Assembly: GCA_021295655.1 (NCBI GenBank)
Contig: JAGWBX010000013.1
Location: forward strand, 876-64,875
From: Candidatus Latescibacterota bacterium
GTDB taxonomy: Bacteria > Latescibacterota > UBA2968 > GCA-2709665
Direction: 5' to 3'
DNA: 64,000 bases
A program made the translations under genes and the position numbers. Positions within the stretch are counted from its first letter, which is position 1. Each line of letters opens with the position of its first letter. The notes beneath the pieces are model-generated. The model was given only the letters and a program-made list of their open reading frames with translations, did no database searches and had not been told where the DNA came from. Below, one piece after another: positions 20,127-30,898 of the stretch.

Positions 20127-20903
20127 TTATCTGTCCTGTGGTTTCCGTTTCCCGTACGCGTAAGCCAGCCCGTGCAGCACCAGGTCGGGTTCGGAATCGT
20201 GCGACGTTTTGATATAGGGTGAAAGGACGGGTGCGTCTCCGCCGGTGAGAACGACCCTCGGCGCGCCGTCCGCTGCGTGAATCAGCTCGTCCACGACACG
20301 GTCCACGGCTCCTGCCGCCCCGAACAATACACCCGCCCGTATACACGCCGTCGTGTCCCGCCCCACCGCCGATGCAGGCGCCGCGAGGTCTACCTCGGGC
20401 AGCAAACTGGTCCCCGTCGCGAGCGCTTTCGCCATCGCCTTCAGGCCTGGGGAGATCGTGCCGCCCATGAAACATCCTGCGGCGGAAACCAGGTCCACGG
20501 TAAGGGCCGTCCCGGCATCAATCACAATGACGGAACCTCCGACCTGCCTGAACGCGGCCCCGGCAGCCAGAAGCCTGTCGACGCCCACTGCCTCGGGCCG
20601 TTCCACGGCGACGTCGATTCCGGGACCGGTCCGGGGATCGGCCTCGATCAGATCAAACCCCGCCAACGTCCTGACGGCCCCGCCCATCACGTCCGTCATA
20701 TCCCTGACCACCGACGAGGCAATGGCCCCGTCCAGCGCGCGGACCCCTATGCCCGCGCGCTCCAGTACGTCGGCAAGGCGCATTGAGTACACGTCGGAGT
20801 CAAGTCCCGCGTCCGTGTCCATGCGCCAGCGAGTCCGCATATCGTCGCCGTCGAACACGGCGCAGCCGATACTGGAATTTCCAATGTCAAATGCGAGAAA
20901 CAT
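20127..20903 (-). CDS. coaX: type III pantothenate kinase
   Basis: FDIGNS, VGVDR, IDAGTALTVD, GGTISPG and LTGGDA motifs. Confidence 0.93.
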   Translation of the reverse strand: MFLAFDIGNSSIGCAVFDGDDMRTRWRMDTDAGLDSDVYSMRLADVLERAGIGVRALDGAIASSVVRDMTDVMGGAVRTLAGFDLIEADPRTGPGIDVAVERPEAVGVDRLLAAGAAFRQVGGSVIVIDAGTALTVDLVSAAGCFMGGTISPGLKAMAKALATGTSLLPEVDLAAPASAVGRDTTACIRAGVLFGAAGAVDRVVDELIHAADGAPRVVLTGGDAPVLSPYIKTSHDSEPDLVLHGLAYAYGKRKPQDR

Positions 20904-20931
20904 TCGGGTAAACGAAAAAGACACGCCGGCT

Positions 20932-20965
20932 GTAGCCAGGATGGACTCTTTCAACGGGCTGCTAA
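20932..20965 (-). mobile_element. MITE left-end remnant starting at the birA stop codon
   Basis: Minus strand reads TTAG-CAGCCCGTTGAAAGAGTCCATCCTGGCTAC versus TTAA-CAGCCCGTTGAAAAAGTCCATCCGGACTAC at 27712. Confidence 0.7.
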
Positions 20966-21993
20966 ATAAGCGTACCGCCTCCCACGTCGCCGGCCAGGAC
21001 CCTCCTGACCACGCCGTCCACGCCCCGGACCAGGAGCGCACCATCGGTCCCGACGTCTTCCGCCACACCCCGGACCGGGCCCGCACCCGTCATGATGCAA
21101 ACCGGTTTACCGAGCATCCGGGCCTTGCCCTTCCACCGTTCCCTGATCCTATCGGCATCCAGGCTGGCGAATACCGCTTCCAGCGCCCGCAACGCTTCGG
21201 CCAGCAGCGCCGTCCGATCGAATGCCCGACCCGTGACGCACCGCAGGGAGGTCGCGGTATTCTGCAGACCCACGGGAAAGTCGTCCTCGTCCTGGTTGAC
21301 GTTTATCCCAATGCCGAGAACGGCGAAGTCCACTCTGTCGACGCCGCGTAGCTCGGTAAGGATGCCCGCCAGTTTCCGATCGTTCAGGTACAGGTCATTC
21401 GGCCACCTGACGTCGGGCCGTATGCCTGTCGAAGCCTCTACGGCGTCGGCCAGAGCGACGGCCGCGCCGAGCGTAAGCATCCATGAGCGTGCAGCCGTCA
21501 GTTCGTACCGGAGTATCAGTGAGAACCAGAGCCCCACGCCGGGCGGCGAAAACCAGTTTCTGCCAAGACGCCCCCGTCCTGCCTTCTGATGTTCCGCAAG
21601 CACCACGGTGCCGTGCGCCGCACCGGCCAGAGCTGACCGCGTCGCCACGGCATTCGTCGAATCCAGCTCCAGAAAGCAGACGGGCAACCGGCCCAGGGCG
21701 CGGGTCCCGAGTCCTTCTACAAGGTGGCTCCGGACGATCACGTCAGTCTCGGTGACCAGGCGAATACCCGCTCCGTGACAATCCGAAACCGAATAACCCA
21801 GACGACGCATCGCGCCCACGGCGCGGCGGACGTCATCGGGATTGCACGAGAGCGCGGCTGCAATATCCGGAGCAGGAACCTCCGTTGCCCGGTGTTCACC
21901 CAGCGCCTCGAGAACTCGATACGCAACCGGGGTTTCGAAGCCGCCGGTTCGGGCTGATGACCCAGTGGAAGTGCACAACCGTTTTTCGGTCAT
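20962..21993 (-). CDS. birA: bifunctional biotin ligase/repressor (N-terminal HTH)
   Basis: DSTN, QKAGRGRLGRNW, RWPND, KLAGIL and GIGINV motifs. Confidence 0.93.
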   Translation of the reverse strand: MTEKRLCTSTGSSARTGGFETPVAYRVLEALGEHRATEVPAPDIAAALSCNPDDVRRAVGAMRRLGYSVSDCHGAGIRLVTETDVIVRSHLVEGLGTRALGRLPVCFLELDSTNAVATRSALAGAAHGTVVLAEHQKAGRGRLGRNWFSPPGVGLWFSLILRYELTAARSWMLTLGAAVALADAVEASTGIRPDVRWPNDLYLNDRKLAGILTELRGVDRVDFAVLGIGINVNQDEDDFPVGLQNTATSLRCVTGRAFDRTALLAEALRALEAVFASLDADRIRERWKGKARMLGKPVCIMTGAGPVRGVAEDVGTDGALLVRGVDGVVRRVLAGDVGGGTLI

Positions 21994-22853
21994 TGGAACA
22001 ACAGGCTCAGATCCAGGGAGGGCGGCGAGTGTGTCAACGCCCCGACGGAGATGAGATCCACGCCCGTCTCCGCAACGGTTCGAACGGTTTTGAGTGTGAC
22101 ATTGCCGGATGCTTCCAGAAGAAGGCCTTCCCGACCGAAGGACCTCGCGCGGGCCACCGCGAGGCCAGTCGTGTGCAGATCCATGTTGTCCAGCATCACC
22201 CGATCCGCTCCCGCGACAAGCGCGTCTTCAAGCTCCCGAAGGGTCTTCACCTCCACTTCGATCTTCACCCGCCTGCGGTCCCGGGCCATTGCCGACTTCA
22301 CCGCCGCCACGGCAGGCCCGATGCCGTCAGCCGCCTCGATGTGGTTATCCTTGAGGAGCACCATGTCGTGGAGTCCCATACGATGGTTGGCTCCTCCCCC
22401 GGCGACGACCGCGTACTTGTCCAGCATACGAAGACCGGGTGCTGTTTTCCGGGTATCCAGGATCCTCGCGCCCGTTCCCGCAACGGCGGCCACGTATGCT
22501 GCCGTAATCGTCGCGATTCCGGACATGCGCTGCAGGAAATTCAACGCCGTCCGCTCCGCCGTCAGGATGCCGCGCGCGGGGCCGGCGACCTTCGCCACCA
22601 CGTCCTCCACGTCGACGCGCGAGCCATCCTCCGTTCGGTGCGTCACCTGTATTCGGCAATCGACCCGGTGGAATACCCGTTCGGCCACCGCGAGGCCGGC
22701 GATTACACCCGGCGCTTTGGCAACAAGCACGGCTTGTGCCTGCGCGTTCGGACGCACGGTCCAGGCGGTTGAAATATCGCCGTCACCCACGTCTTCCATT
22801 ATCGCGGCGTCGACCACGCTGTCGACGCCATCCCATGCCATCGGTTCCGACAT
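21990..22853 (-). CDS. nadC: nicotinate-nucleotide pyrophosphorylase (carboxylating)
   Basis: AERTALNFLQ, DTRKT, HRMGL, KDNH, MLDN and ISVGALTHS motifs. Confidence 0.96.
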   Translation of the reverse strand: MSEPMAWDGVDSVVDAAIMEDVGDGDISTAWTVRPNAQAQAVLVAKAPGVIAGLAVAERVFHRVDCRIQVTHRTEDGSRVDVEDVVAKVAGPARGILTAERTALNFLQRMSGIATITAAYVAAVAGTGARILDTRKTAPGLRMLDKYAVVAGGGANHRMGLHDMVLLKDNHIEAADGIGPAVAAVKSAMARDRRRVKIEVEVKTLRELEDALVAGADRVMLDNMDLHTTGLAVARARSFGREGLLLEASGNVTLKTVRTVAETGVDLISVGALTHSPPSLDLSLLFQ

Positions 22854-22871
22854 CTCAGTCGATCTTCCCGC

Positions 22872-24887
22872 CTACGCAGCGTCGTCTGGGACACCCTTCA
22901 TGCGGGATTTCAGCTGGTTAATCCGGTCCCGGTATTCGGCCGCCCGTTCAAACGCCAGTTCCGCCGCAGCCCTGGCCATTTTGTCTTCGAGTTCCGCAAT
23001 CACGTCCGGTATATTGGCGCCGGCCTCGTACCCGGACGTTTCCTCCGCCGCAAGCGGCATCTCCTCCTGCCTGGCATCGGCGACCGCCGTGGATTGCAGA
23101 ATCTCATCCCTGCTCTTGTAGACGGTCTGCGGCACCACGCTCATCCGTTCATTGAATGCCTGCTGCACCTGCCGTCTGCGGTTGGTTTCTTCGATCGCCC
23201 GGCGCATGGAATCCGTAACCTTGTCCGCGTACATAATGACCTTGCCGGCCACATTTCTGGCTGCCCTGCCCGCCGTTTGAATCAGCGAACGCGTTGAGCG
23301 CAGGAAGCCCTCTTTATCCGCATCCAGGATGGCGACCAGGGACACTTCAGGCAGGTCCAACCCTTCGCGCAGCAGATTCACACCCACCAGAACGTCGAAC
23401 TCGCCCAGGCGCAGTGCCCTGATGATATCGACGCGTTCCAATGAGTCAATTTCCGAATGCATATAACGGGCGCGTATCCCCAGATCCCGCATGTATTCGG
23501 CCAGGTCCTCGGACATTCTCTTGGTCAGCGCGGTGACCAGCACGCGTTCGCTGCGGGCCACGCGCTCACGGACCTCATCGATCAGATCGTCCACCTGCCC
23601 GCGCACGGGACGCACCAGCATCTCCGGATCCAGGACGCCGGTAGGCCGGATAATCTGTTCGACCACAATTCCCTCTGTCATTTCCAGTTCATAGTCCGCG
23701 GGTGTGGCGGACATGAAAATCGCCGAATTAACCTTGCCTTCGAATTCCTCAAAGTAGAGCGGACGGTTGTCCAGAGCGGCGGGCAGCCGGAACCCGTGTT
23801 CCACCAGTGTTGTCTTCCGCGATCGGTCGGCGTTCCACATCCCCCGGATCTGCGGCAGCGTCACGTGCGACTCGTCGATGACGATCAGAAATTCCTCCGG
23901 GAAATAGTCCAGCAGCACGTGGGGCGGCTGACCGGGCTCCCTGCCGTCGATGTATCTGGAGTAGTTCTCGATTCCGGCGCAGTAGCCGATCTCGCGCATC
24001 ATCTCAATGTCGTACCGCGTTCGTGTCTCCAGCCGCTGGGCCTCCAGCAGTTTCCCCTGGTTCTTGAACGCCTCCAGCTGCGCAGTCATGTCAATTTCGA
24101 TCTGCCCGATGGCCTTCTCGATCCGCTGTCCGCTGGTCACGAAGTGCCGCGCCGGATAAATCGCGGCCCGTTCCTGCGAATCCAGCACCTCCCCTGTCAC
24201 GTGTTTCACCAGACTGATCGCGTCCACTTCGTCTCCGAAGAATTCCACGCGAACCGGATCGTCGCGGTCGGGTCGATAGATCTCCACCACGTCGCCGCGC
24301 ACCCGAAATGTTCCCGGTCCGAAGTCCACGTCGTTACGCGTGTAGTGTATGTCCACCAGCCGGCGAAGCAGATCGTCCCGGTCCACCCTGTCCCCCCGGT
24401 CGATCATGACGTGCATGCCCTCGTACTCTTCCGGATTGCCGATCCCGTAAATGCAGGATACGCTGGCCACGATAATCACGTCCTGACGCTCCATCAACGC
24501 GCTCGTCGCCCGAAGGCGCAACCGGTTGATCTCATCGTTGATGTCGGCTTCCTTTTCAATGAAGGTATCCGTTACGGGCTTATATGCCTCGGGCTGATAA
24601 TAGTCGTAATAGGAAATGAAATACTCCACCGCGTTGTCCGGAAAAAACGTCTTGAATTCACCATACAACTGAGCCGCCAGCGTCTTGTTATGCGAAATGA
24701 CGAGGGTTGGCATCTGTATCGCCTCGATGACTTTCGAAATCGTATACGTCTTACCCGTTCCGGTCGCCCCCAGCAGGGTCTGAAACCGGTCGCCACGTTG
24801 AACGCCCTCGCTCAATTCTGCGATTGCCTCCGGCTGGTCGCCGGCCGGCTCAAACGGCGCCTTGACCCTAAAACGCTTCATCATCAC
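22872..24887 (-). CDS. uvrB: excinuclease ABC subunit B
   Basis: [30 protein letters not shown] and C-terminal UVR motif. Confidence 0.98.
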   Translation of the reverse strand: MMMKRFRVKAPFEPAGDQPEAIAELSEGVQRGDRFQTLLGATGTGKTYTISKVIEAIQMPTLVISHNKTLAAQLYGEFKTFFPDNAVEYFISYYDYYQPEAYKPVTDTFIEKEADINDEINRLRLRATSALMERQDVIIVASVSCIYGIGNPEEYEGMHVMIDRGDRVDRDDLLRRLVDIHYTRNDVDFGPGTFRVRGDVVEIYRPDRDDPVRVEFFGDEVDAISLVKHVTGEVLDSQERAAIYPARHFVTSGQRIEKAIGQIEIDMTAQLEAFKNQGKLLEAQRLETRTRYDIEMMREIGYCAGIENYSRYIDGREPGQPPHVLLDYFPEEFLIVIDESHVTLPQIRGMWNADRSRKTTLVEHGFRLPAALDNRPLYFEEFEGKVNSAIFMSATPADYELEMTEGIVVEQIIRPTGVLDPEMLVRPVRGQVDDLIDEVRERVARSERVLVTALTKRMSEDLAEYMRDLGIRARYMHSEIDSLERVDIIRALRLGEFDVLVGVNLLREGLDLPEVSLVAILDADKEGFLRSTRSLIQTAGRAARNVAGKVIMYADKVTDSMRRAIEETNRRRQVQQAFNERMSVVPQTVYKSRDEILQSTAVADARQEEMPLAAEETSGYEAGANIPDVIAELEDKMARAAAELAFERAAEYRDRINQLKSRMKGVPDDAA

Positions 24888-25200
24888 CTCGTGACACTTT
24901 TCGCAGCCGAAAAACAGTGACCAAATGTATAGATAATTTAGACATGGTTCGTCACAAAAGCAAGAACTATGCTACGAATCCCAATCTCGCCGGAATTGAC
25001 ATTTTCTGTCTGTACTGCCGGCCGTATTCGGATTGCCATCCCGGTCTCGACCATGAAAATACGTGGAATCGGCGCTCATTGTACTTTTTTTTTGGGTTCA
25101 AACTGGTTAAATTTCACAGGACAGACGCAAAATCACGTACATGGAACCCGCTGGACCGGGTCTTGAGCGTATACGTATCCCGTCATTGGATCTGTCGCAT

Positions 25201-26376
25201 ATGAAGCCTCTCCTTCATCTGGCATTTGCGTTCGCCGTTGCCGGCGCGCTCTCCGCTTGCGGCGGCAAGACGCCACCTGCTCCGGTGTCTCCCCCGGAAA
25301 CCGGAAGCAACGGTGAGGCAGGCAGTGCAGCGCCGCTGCCGTCAAGAAACTTTCTGAACGTATCGCGCTTTCCCATGAACCGTCTGATCAGCGGCGGCGT
25401 GGCCAAGGACGGCATCCCCGCGCTGACGGATCCGGATTTTGTCCGCGCGGGTTCGGCATACGCCACCTATCTTCTGGACGAGGATCTCGTACTCGGGGTT
25501 TACCTCGACGGCGTCGCCAAAGCCTACCCGCACAATATCGGCTGGCACCATGAAATCGTCAACGACGTCGCGAGCGACCGTGCCCTTGTTGTCACGTTAT
25601 GCCCGCTCACGGGCACCGGGATGGTCTTCGACGGGCAGGGCGAGGGCAACGGGCGGCTGGAACTCGGCGTCTCCGGTCTGCTGTTCAACAACAATCTCGT
25701 GATGTACGACCGTCGATTTGAAGACACCCTTTACCCTCAGATGACCCATATCGGCATCAGGGGCTACGGCACCGAGCAGGAACTCACGTTGATGCCCGTG
25801 GTCGAAACCACCTGGGGCAACTGGAAAAGGATTCACCCCGGCACGCTGATCGTCAGTTCGGGTTCCACGGGCATGTACCGGCCGGAGCGCTATTCAACTT
25901 ACCCTTACACGGGCTACCGGGAACCGGCGTCGGCGCCCATGTTTCCCCTGTTTCCGGAACCGGACGACAATCCCATTGTACACGATTATCCGCCGAAAGA
26001 GATCGTACTGGGGGTTCGATTCGGAAACGTCGCCAAGGCGTATCCCTTTTCTCAAATGGGTGACGACCGGTCCGTAATCAACGACCGGGTCGCAGATCAG
26101 AACGTCCTCGTCGTTTACGACGCCGCAGCGCGCATGGCACTGCCCTTCCGCCGAGATCTGGGCAATCTGACACTCAACTTTGAGAAAGTGCCTTCCACGG
26201 ATCGGCGGTTTGACTTTTTGATGAGAGACCTCGAAACCGGGACCACCTGGAACCTGCTGGGTCAGGCACTGGCGGGCGAACTTCGAGGTAACCAGCTCTA
26301 TCAGATCCCCGCACACAACGCATTCTGGTTTGCCTGGGCCACCTTCTGGCAGGATACCGCGGTCTACCGGCCCTGA
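25201..26376 (+). CDS. DUF3179 family lipoprotein
   Basis: Lipobox LSAC; GGVAKDGIPAL, AKAYP, HEIVND, LCPLTG, GVSGLL and FWFAW motifs. Confidence 0.85.
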   Translation: MKPLLHLAFAFAVAGALSACGGKTPPAPVSPPETGSNGEAGSAAPLPSRNFLNVSRFPMNRLISGGVAKDGIPALTDPDFVRAGSAYATYLLDEDLVLGVYLDGVAKAYPHNIGWHHEIVNDVASDRALVVTLCPLTGTGMVFDGQGEGNGRLELGVSGLLFNNNLVMYDRRFEDTLYPQMTHIGIRGYGTEQELTLMPVVETTWGNWKRIHPGTLIVSSGSTGMYRPERYSTYPYTGYREPASAPMFPLFPEPDDNPIVHDYPPKEIVLGVRFGNVAKAYPFSQMGDDRSVINDRVADQNVLVVYDAAARMALPFRRDLGNLTLNFEKVPSTDRRFDFLMRDLETGTTWNLLGQALAGELRGNQLYQIPAHNAFWFAWATFWQDTAVYRP

Positions 26377-26495
26377 CCGAAGAACGAGGAATACCCTGAA
26401 TGCCGAGCCCGATTGGATATGCTATTGGATACTTCAGCATCGCAGGTAAAGCCGACGTGGTTCACGTGTCCTGATTCCGACCCGCGGTACGGTTC

Positions 26496-27443
26496 ATGAA
26501 GAACGTGCTCCTCAAGCCCGCCGCGGTCGGACTGCTCGCGGCCATCGCCTGCCCGATACCCACGGACGTTTTCGCAGGCGCGTGGACGCTTCCCAGGAAT
26601 CACGTGTGGTGTAAAGCAGCCTTCCTGAGCCAGACGACCGACGAAGAATACGTGGGCGCGGCCGGATCGGGAAGAGGACCGGATCCAGGGAGGATCTACA
26701 ACGTCGGGAACCGCGCCCGGTATCGGTTTAACGGCAGGTACCGTTCCCGTGCCCTGTTTTTCGATCTCTTTTACGGTGCAACGGACAGAATCGACGTCGG
26801 CCTGCAGTTGCCCTTCTTCAAACAGGAGTACCAGGATACGCCGCTCCTCACCGGCTTTGGAGAACCCAGAAAGGCGACCGGTTTCGGAGACGTCCGCGGA
26901 TTCCTCAAGGTCAACCTGTTGAACCGGCGCACCGTGGGCACGGTGAAGCTGGGTTTCAAGGCGCCATCCGGCGAATTTGTCAATGAAGACGGCCTGATTC
27001 CGGTTGGGGAAGGACAGTGGGACTTCGACGCAATCGTTCAATTGGGCCGCTCCTTCTGGCCCATGCCCGTGTATGTCAATGCCGACGTCGGTTACAGGCT
27101 CCGCCTGAGGAACGCGGAGACCGACCGTGACCCCGGTAATGAGTGGACCTTCCTCGCGGAAGCCGGCGTTCAGGTGCGCCGTTCAACGCTGGTCGGCGTA
27201 AAGATCCATGGCGTCAGGGGCAGAGCCGCTACGGTCTTCGGCGTTAGAATCCAGTCGGACATCAAGAGAATTACCTATATTTCACCTGGGATCAGCCTGG
27301 GGCCATTCCGCGGGATGACGCTGGAAACGGCAATGAACATTTCGGTCCACGGCCGCAACTATCCGGCCGGCTGGATGGCCGTCGTCGGCATTTCCTACCA
27401 GGGCAACGCGTTTGCGCGGGACTACGAGCCCGGCGGGAGATGA
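26496..27443 (+). CDS. outer-membrane beta-barrel, SphA/'MetA-pathway phenol degradation' transporter-like
   Basis: Signal peptide, 'TGFGDV', 'KAPSG...PVGEGQWD' and alternating beta strands. Confidence 0.65.
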   Translation: MKNVLLKPAAVGLLAAIACPIPTDVFAGAWTLPRNHVWCKAAFLSQTTDEEYVGAAGSGRGPDPGRIYNVGNRARYRFNGRYRSRALFFDLFYGATDRIDVGLQLPFFKQEYQDTPLLTGFGEPRKATGFGDVRGFLKVNLLNRRTVGTVKLGFKAPSGEFVNEDGLIPVGEGQWDFDAIVQLGRSFWPMPVYVNADVGYRLRLRNAETDRDPGNEWTFLAEAGVQVRRSTLVGVKIHGVRGRAATVFGVRIQSDIKRITYISPGISLGPFRGMTLETAMNISVHGRNYPAGWMAVVGISYQGNAFARDYEPGGR

Positions 27444-27711
27444 GCGATCCGGACATGTCCATGTGCTTCGCTAAATGCGGTTACTCATATGGCCGGCCGA
27501 ACAGGTCCGACCTGCGCCGGCGGGGCTATGCCACGCACTACGTCAGCGCGAGATGCCGCTATACCGGACCGGCCGAGAATAACGACGCGATGCTGGTCCG
27601 GGGCGCCGCCGTTCCCGGTTGTATCTGAAGCCGCTGTGACGGCGACGGCAACAGCGCAAAGCCGGCAGCCGTCACGGAAAGAAAACCCGCTGGCCGGGAA
27701 ACGAACACCTC

Positions 27712-27881
27712 TTAACAGCCCGTTGAAAAAGTCCATCCGGACTACCTGCCTGTGCGGTGCACGCAGACAGGCGGCCGGCCCTTGCGGCCGAACACCTGCG
27801 TTGCGCTCCCTCGCCGAATCTTGTCTTCGGCCACAATGACTCGGCCTCGCCTGCAGAGCGACTTTATCAACAGACTGTTAA
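27712..27881 (+). mobile_element. complete MITE-like element (162 bp) with imperfect terminal inverted repeats and TTAA flanking duplication
   Basis: TTAA-CAGCCCGTTGAAAAAGTC ... GACTTTATCAACAGACTG-TTAA; internal hairpin CCTGCCTGTGCGGTGCACGCAGACAGG; no coding capacity. Confidence 0.85.
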
Positions 27882-27897
27882 CGAAAGGAGTCGCGCC

Positions 27898-28521
27898 ATG
27901 AAAAATGCTATCGTCGTTCTTGCAGTTGGGATGCTGTCCTGGATCACCCCGGCGCATGCGGATTTTTTTCCGGGAGAGGAGCCGGATGATGAAAGAGGCG
28001 TAACGCTGAGTCCCATTCGGGCCGGACGCCTGGAGGTTATCCCCATTCTTTCCGCGGGCATAAACAACGGCGAGGTGTTCTATCGGGGCGGTGTGTCGGT
28101 AGGATATGCATTGAGCCGCCTGCACCAGATCGGCGGGTCTTTCGTGGTGGGCAACCGGGCGTATGATCGCTTTGGAGATCAAAATGAGATTATCGAGACG
28201 CCGGTCCTGCCCGTACAGACCACGGCCGGATATCCCGTGTCGGCCGAAGACGGTTTCGGTTCCTCCCTGTCCGGCTTCTACAGGCTCAACATTCCGCTGA
28301 GAGTGGACAGGCGCACATCCCCGTTCCTCGAGGTGTTCGCCGCCAGAGACTACTGGGGGTGGGCAGGCGTAAGCGAAGTGGGCGGCGGCGGCGGGTTCAG
28401 GAGGTCAATATCCGACCGTACGGCACTGACCACACGATACGCGTACGTCGCACTGTTTACCGACGGCCAGCGCCTGAACCGCCACGTCGCGACCGTCGGC
28501 GTCTCGGTGTTCTTCAGGTAG
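27898..28521 (+). CDS. small outer-membrane beta-barrel protein
   Basis: AAAGGAG RBS, signal peptide ending AHA, C-terminal strand ATVGVSVFFR. Confidence 0.7.
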   Translation: MKNAIVVLAVGMLSWITPAHADFFPGEEPDDERGVTLSPIRAGRLEVIPILSAGINNGEVFYRGGVSVGYALSRLHQIGGSFVVGNRAYDRFGDQNEIIETPVLPVQTTAGYPVSAEDGFGSSLSGFYRLNIPLRVDRRTSPFLEVFAARDYWGWAGVSEVGGGGGFRRSISDRTALTTRYAYVALFTDGQRLNRHVATVGVSVFFR

Positions 28522-28676
28522 GCCCCGGCAGAAAGAAACACACCTGGCCCGGTGCCGTCTCTACGGGACCGGGCCATTTGCGGCAGGAAGAGGATTCTCG
28601 CGACCGGCGATCTCGTCCGCGATCGGACGTGGTCATCTACGAGGCCGTCCGAATTCCACGCCAATCACGACTCCGG

Positions 28677-29909
28677 ATGACTCACTTCACCGCACGACCC
28701 GCGTTCCGACTTATTCTGGGGTTTCTCGCAGTCAGTGCAGCCGGCTGCGGAAGAGAAATGCCCACCGATCCCGAAAACGGTTCCGATAGCTCCGGCGGCC
28801 GGACGTTCAAGACCGTACTTCAGGACAACGCGGCGGGCGGCGCCGACTCCAGCCGGGTCGGGTCGGTAGCATTCACCGGACGCAATTTCCTGAACCCCCT
28901 GACGTTTCCGCACGACAGGATCGAGAGTGTCTACGAAAAAGATGCAACGCGCGCCTTGATCGACCCGCGGTTCGTTCCGGCTGCTTCAGCGGAGGCTCGA
29001 TATATTTCGGACGACGACCTGGTCATCGGAGTGCGTCTCAATGGCATTTCCAAAGCCTATCCCCACAAGATGGCATGGTACCATCAGATCGTCAACGACC
29101 GGATTGGCGGGCAGCCCATTTCGGTGACGTTTTCACCATTAACCGGGAGCGGCATCGTATTCGCGGCATGGAGCGGCGGCGCGATCAACCGGCTCAAGTT
29201 CGGTGCGTCCGGAGAACTTTTCAACAACAATCTGATCATGTACGATCTGAATGACGACCAGATTCGCTATCCCCAGATGACCCACACGGGCATTTCCGGC
29301 GTGAGGGCCGGATGGGTCCTGAATACCCCGCCCTTCATCGAAACCACCTGGCGATACTGGAAGCAACTCTACCCCGACTCATTCGTTATCAGCATCAATA
29401 CACCCGGCGCGTTTGATGCAAGTGTTTACAATGTATATCCTTATGGATCGTACCGGGATCCTGAGTCCGGCCCGCGGTTCGCTGTGTTTCCACGTCTTGA
29501 GGACAATCCGCTTGTCGGCCTTTTTTCACCGAAGGAAATGACTTTCGGAATTCGGTTTTTAGAAGCGGCTAAAGCATACCCCGCGCCGACCCTTGGCGAG
29601 GAGGCGGTGATCAATGACGCACTGGGGGGAAAAAGCATTGCGGTCGTATGGTATGGCGCTGAGCAGATGGCTGTCGCCTTCAGTCGGGACTACGGGCAGC
29701 GGACGTTGGTCTTCGACAGAATTCCGTCGACCTCCCAGACTTATCCCTTTATGCTGCGGGACCGGGAGACACTCACCACGTGGGACCTGAAGGGGCGGGC
29801 GATTGCGGGGCCCCTCAAGGACAGCGTTCTTCAACGGATCCCCGGTCACAACGCGTTCTGGTTTGCCTGGATCACGTTCTGGCAGGACACGGAAGTGTAT
29901 GAAGATTAA
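28677..29909 (+). CDS. DUF3179 family lipoprotein (paralog 2)
   Basis: Lipobox AAGC; SKAYP, HQIVND, FSPLTG, FGASGEL and FWFAW motifs; collinear with the 25201 paralog. Confidence 0.85.
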   Translation: MTHFTARPAFRLILGFLAVSAAGCGREMPTDPENGSDSSGGRTFKTVLQDNAAGGADSSRVGSVAFTGRNFLNPLTFPHDRIESVYEKDATRALIDPRFVPAASAEARYISDDDLVIGVRLNGISKAYPHKMAWYHQIVNDRIGGQPISVTFSPLTGSGIVFAAWSGGAINRLKFGASGELFNNNLIMYDLNDDQIRYPQMTHTGISGVRAGWVLNTPPFIETTWRYWKQLYPDSFVISINTPGAFDASVYNVYPYGSYRDPESGPRFAVFPRLEDNPLVGLFSPKEMTFGIRFLEAAKAYPAPTLGEEAVINDALGGKSIAVVWYGAEQMAVAFSRDYGQRTLVFDRIPSTSQTYPFMLRDRETLTTWDLKGRAIAGPLKDSVLQRIPGHNAFWFAWITFWQDTEVYED

Positions 29910-29980
29910 CCCCGATTTGAAAAAAACAACAACTCGGCGACGCGACGAAAACCCCTGAAACGAGGCGTAACGGCCAGGGT

Positions 29981-30580
29981 TCACGCTGCCAGGTACAGGG
30001 CGGCCACGACCCATACAACGAGAAAGCCCATCCCGCAGCCGGCCGCAACCTGCGGAAGAGAGTGCGCGCCAAGAACCACGCGCGCCCATGAAACCGCCAA
30101 CGGAACGGCCAGCCCGTATACGACCGAAGGCCCGATCAAATGATGGAGCATTGCCAGGGGACCGCACACGCCCGCGCCGTGCAGGCTGACCTTCCACAGC
30201 GTGTTCGTCGCGGCGGCCAGCAGTCCCAACGCGACGTAACTGAGCAGGAACGCACTCATCGGCGGTGGCGCGCCGGTAGCACGCAACAGAAGATACCCCA
30301 CAAAACAACTCGCGGAACTCACCAGGAGCGGAACCAGCCGGCGGGATCGGTCCGCGATATAGAATCCATCCACCTTCTTGCGCGCCACCAGGAAACCCAC
30401 GTACAGCATCGGCAGACAGGTTGCAAATATCAAACAGATACCCAGCCACCCGACACGATGAACCATAGGCGCCGGGATCCTGGAAATCAACAGGATCGAC
30501 ATTCCGCCCGCCGCAATCGGGGGGCTGAGTAACGCCGAGATTGTCCTCGCAACAACCCGCTGAGCGTAGAATAGGGTCAT
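29981..30580 (-). CDS. PAP2-family membrane phosphatase-like protein
   Basis: About 6 TMs; KVSLH and WARVVLGAHSLPQV motifs. Confidence 0.8.
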   Translation of the reverse strand: MTLFYAQRVVARTISALLSPPIAAGGMSILLISRIPAPMVHRVGWLGICLIFATCLPMLYVGFLVARKKVDGFYIADRSRRLVPLLVSSASCFVGYLLLRATGAPPPMSAFLLSYVALGLLAAATNTLWKVSLHGAGVCGPLAMLHHLIGPSVVYGLAVPLAVSWARVVLGAHSLPQVAAGCGMGFLVVWVVAALYLAA

Positions 30581-30712
30581 TGGGTCTCTGAAGAAACTCC
30601 CATAACGCGGGGGAGCCCCCGCTCAAAATGCCACCAGGCGCCGCGACAATATACGGATGGAACGCTCGATATCCCGTCTTTTTCTCTTCAGACGGGAAGC
30701 GGGTATTGTGGC

Positions 30713-30741
30713 TTGACACAGGCAGTTATATATTCTATACT
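30713..30741 (+). promoter_or_regulatory. strong sigma-70 promoter
   Basis: TTGACA-N17-TATACT. Confidence 0.75.
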
Positions 30742-30898
30742 GCTTCAATGTCCTGTCCCGGAAATATCTCACCATCCGGCCGCCGATTCAGGTAACCGAT
30801 TTCCGGAACAGAGCATGAATCCGGATTACCGACGCGGGGAGTCGGTTTTTTCGTTTTTGCGCATGTCTCCCGCTTCCAAAACGCAGAACTCAGGGTGA

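Noticed and set aside
24888-25200. LexA/SOS box upstream of uvrB (and ssb)
   Set aside because: No CTGT-N8-ACAG, GAAC-N4-GTTC or GTTC-N7-GTTC with correct spacing found by eye.
27440-27628. 62-aa ORF coupled (ATGA) to the barrel gene
   Set aside because: No recognisable motif or compositional support; may be chance.
25201-29909. Selenocysteine recoding in DUF3179 genes
   Set aside because: Both ORFs are open with no in-frame TGA at the motif.
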